The translations under genes and the position numbers were made by a program. The notes below the pieces were generated by a model. That model was not told where the DNA came from, did not search any database, and saw only the letters and a list, made by a program, of their open reading frames with translations. Below, piece after piece: positions 61,101 to 64,000 of a stretch of DNA of 64,000 bases. Origin of the DNA: Takakia lepidozioides (Eukaryota > Plantae > Bryophyta); NCBI GenBank assembly GCA_030704615.1, contig CM060731.1:5952001-6016000 (forward strand). The letters are read 5' to 3'. Position 1 is the stretch's first letter; every line of letters starts with the position of its first letter.

Positions 61101-62879
61101 ATTCTGTAATGGTTCTGACGAATTGGTTTTGTGTCAACTTCCAATTCAATTCGGTGTTGACAGATATTAGAAGGTATACCCTTCAAATCTTTGTAGTTCC
61201 AGGCAAATACATCCTTGTATTCAGTGAATAATGCAGTAGTTTCTTGTAGAAATGTTTCTTCAAGACCTGCACTTACTCGTATTATTTGTGGTTCTTCCAC
61301 TGTTCCCAGATTCACTTGAATCAATTGTGTTTCTTCCGTTACTATCCATCCTGCAATTTCTTGTCCGATGGTTGCAATTGTGGCAGGTACTTCACTGATT
61401 TGAATGTCTTCTTCCCTTTCTTGATAGAAACGGGTAGGGTGTTGAGGTGTGTCCATCGCTTCTTCCTCTGAATCTTCCGTTCTCGAAGTATTGTTCTCCT
61501 TGAGTGTTCACCATGTGACATCCTACTGTTGTGGTATGCTTGACCACCAGTTGCTCAATAGGTTCCAATTGTGGATGTGCTGCGTATACTGTGGTTTCTT
61601 CTTCATCCGACAGTCCACTGGACCAATCATACTCTTTCACTATGCAAGGTCGTTTCTCTCGTGGAATAGTACCTCGTTGCTTGGTAGTGATGGTGACTTG
61701 TTCTGCTCCCTTTTCGATTGTGAGAGTCTGACTTCCCCAATCGTGGTGTGATTGGGCTTGTGTTAACCATGGTCGGCCAAGTAGTAGCGAATATCCTTCT
61801 GCCACATCCTCCATTCTGAGAATGGTTACTGATACTTCGTATAGCAGTCTTGCTACTTCCATTGCAAGTCGTCTGATAATCCCCAATGGCTGCACTTTTC
61901 GTTGATCAGCCATTCGTACTGTGAATGGAGCGGGTTCCATGTGCCCCAATCCTAGTGACTTCTTCATCTTTTCTGTCATGACATTCACTCCGGATCCTCC
62001 ATCGATGAGTACATCCGTTACCATCGTCCGTCTAATACGTACTTGTATTACGGGTATTGCTAGCTTCCTGATCAGAGTCTTCATTCTCTCCAGGTAGTCG
62101 ACTACCAATTCTTTCTTTTTCTGTCTCAGGTTCTGTAATCCTGTGAAGATTTCAGACGCGGATTTGTTGGATCTATATCTTTCTTGAAACGCAGCTCTCA
62201 TATCCGCCCAATTCGCAAAGTGATTGGCTGGGAAGGTTGCCAACCATTCAATGCCTTTCCGGGCCATTGAACAAAGAAATAGTCGGATCTGCTCTTGGTC
62301 TGTTGCTTCATTGTAAATGGTGCACATGTTTTCAAAAAGATTAAGATGGATATCTGGATCAAATTTCCCATCATATAAAGGAAATGGTGGTCTGGTTTTG
62401 CTTGCTGCTAAAGCCATCGGTGCAGCTGGTGCTGCTGGTGCAACTAGTTGCCCAAACTGGGATGGTCCCGCTGCTGCTGGCTGGAGTGGTGTTGGTGTTT
62501 GTCTTCCAAACAGTGATTCAAAGCTAGGAGGTCCTTGTCCCAATGATAATCGTTTTCCAGCTGTCCCTACTAAGCTTAATGAATCTTTAAAAGCTTTGAG
62601 TGCAGTTCTAGTTATCTTTTCTGGAGAAGTGCTTTCACTTCTTTCACCTTCTTCACTCAGAATGTTCTCAAATCTTTCTTCCAATATTTCAGCAAAACCT
62701 CGATTTGGACTTGTTACTGTAGAAGGTCCTTCAGATCTTTCTTGTGGTAACCATTCATCAAGTACATTACTGGCAACTTCTTCTGGTGTAGTGTTCCCAC
62801 TTCCCACCAATCCGATTTCCTGATCTTCTGGTTTATCACTGTCAATTTGTCTTGATGTCTCACCTTGAATAATATTCAA
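61101..62879 (-). pseudogene. Host Gypsy gag-protease and pre-RT region
   Basis: YDGKFDPDIHL...W..MRAAF..RY, LRQ...E.V.DY (gag); LIDGGSGVN, LLGRPWL (protease); YKDVFAW, HRIEL. Confidence 0.9.
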
Positions 62880-63446
62880 ATTCTGTAATTATGGGAACTT
62901 TTCTCTTAACCGAGCCTCCCTTTCTGCAACATATTTCTCTATTCGTTCAGCTCTGTCTTGTTTAGTTTTTTCTTTAATTTCCTCATTCATTCCCACATCA
63001 TATGTAGAATTCCTTTTCGGCACCCTTTAAACAGTCTTGGTATGTCAGTAAAGAAAATTTATAGTGGTCTCTACCCTTTCTTCAAGATTTATCCCATCTT
63101 GCAAGAATCTGTATTACGACTTAATTTTCTTTTTTACTGATTGATCACCAAACTTTTTAATGAGCACAATAATACCATCTGTCTTTTCCAGTGTATCTGA
63201 CTTGCAATAAGTCTTTGGGTATCCAGTACTCCACCTCTTATATGATCATGTGACAATATTCATAATTTGAACATCCTTCTCTGAAAATATAACTAGTGTA
63301 GCAAACTTTTCTGATTGGGATTAGAGTAATCAATAAAGCTAGACGAGACAACCACTCTTCACTTTTGGAGCATGTTGGGGCTTGGAGCGGTGCTCACACA
63401 GGTGGATGATGAGGGCTTTGGAGCACCTACATTCCCAAGGTGCTCG

Positions 63447-64000
63447 TGTAATACTGATCACTCCTGTTTTTTATTTTACTGAATAAAAAACACCCATAAT
63501 GTATATCTTCAAGCTCAAAGTTCCACATATCTACAGTTTTGGTATCCTACAAAAGGAATAACACATTAGGGAAAAACAAAGTCACAATAACCAACACCAT
63601 ACAAATACCAAACAATAATTGAACGATTCAATATAATGAGGCAAACAACGGGTTTCGGTAGTGAAATAAATCAAGGTATCGGGTTTCGCCAACGAAATGA
63701 CGGATTTTACCAACGAAGTTTCTAGGTATCACTGTGTAGGTCATTATCCAATGGTTTCGTGGGCGAAACAAAATGTGTTGTGTTTGGTTTTGCATATAAG
63801 AGACGGCGTGAGATTGTTTTATTTCGCTAATGAATTGTTATGTGCTTATTGCGGTATGTCGGTACCCATGCTTTTGTGGGCGAAACAGAATGAAATAATT
63901 CTAGTTTCGCGTATTACTGATTGAACGTCAAATGCACTTGACAAAATACACAACTATTAAGCAACGAAAATCCTTGATGGAGACGACACCTACCGAATAT
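63447..64000 (-). repeat. Possible 5' LTR of the host Gypsy
   Basis: TGTAATA start upstream of gag and a composition change. The partner LTR is not in the window. Confidence 0.3.

Larger units (their letters stand above)
21915..64000 (-). mobile_element. Host Ty3/Gypsy LTR retrotransposon, split by nested insertions
   Basis: gag-PR 61392-62879; RT 61101-61456 + 48660-49126; RH 47550-48647; INT 46876-47470 + 23700-24291. Reading frames rejoin exactly when insertions are removed (QNHYR|MNPNY; EFMIV|HHKSTAYYPQ). Confidence 0.85.

Overview
Eukaryotic, intron-containing, gene-free nest of transposable elements. The element types point to a non-seed land plant or streptophyte alga (inference). Nesting can be reconstructed from target-site duplications (TSDs). 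The host is a minus-strand Ty3/Gypsy element (~21915-64000). It is interrupted by (i) a 22.6-kb Mutator-like DNA transposon (24292-46875), (ii) a 12-kb Gypsy element encoding a C5 DNA methyltransferase and a PHD finger (49127-61100), and (iii) a Dualen-like dual-endonuclease LINE (to 21914), which itself holds another Mutator-like copy. Two systems stand out. (1) The methyltransferase Gypsy and an independent relative (29337-43125) have circularly permuted LTRs (A-internal-B-gc-A-t-B). Their ends fall at an internal palindrome GACA|GC|TGTC, the TSD is 4 bp, and the primer site is self-complementary rather than tRNA-like, as if a 2-LTR circle were opened inside one LTR and integrated. (2) A family of Mutator-like elements with GCM and SWIM domains (three divergent copies) carries a ParB/Srx-fold (DGNHR) gene, a beta-class amino-methyltransferase-like gene, a conserved orphan gene, and many copies of a 20-bp palindrome GAATKTCG-N4-CGAMATTC in introns and intergenic DNA. 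Three unrelated TE classes here each carry a methyltransferase-like domain. Most ORFs have stops or frameshifts. All domain calls are by-eye motif recognition, not database searches.
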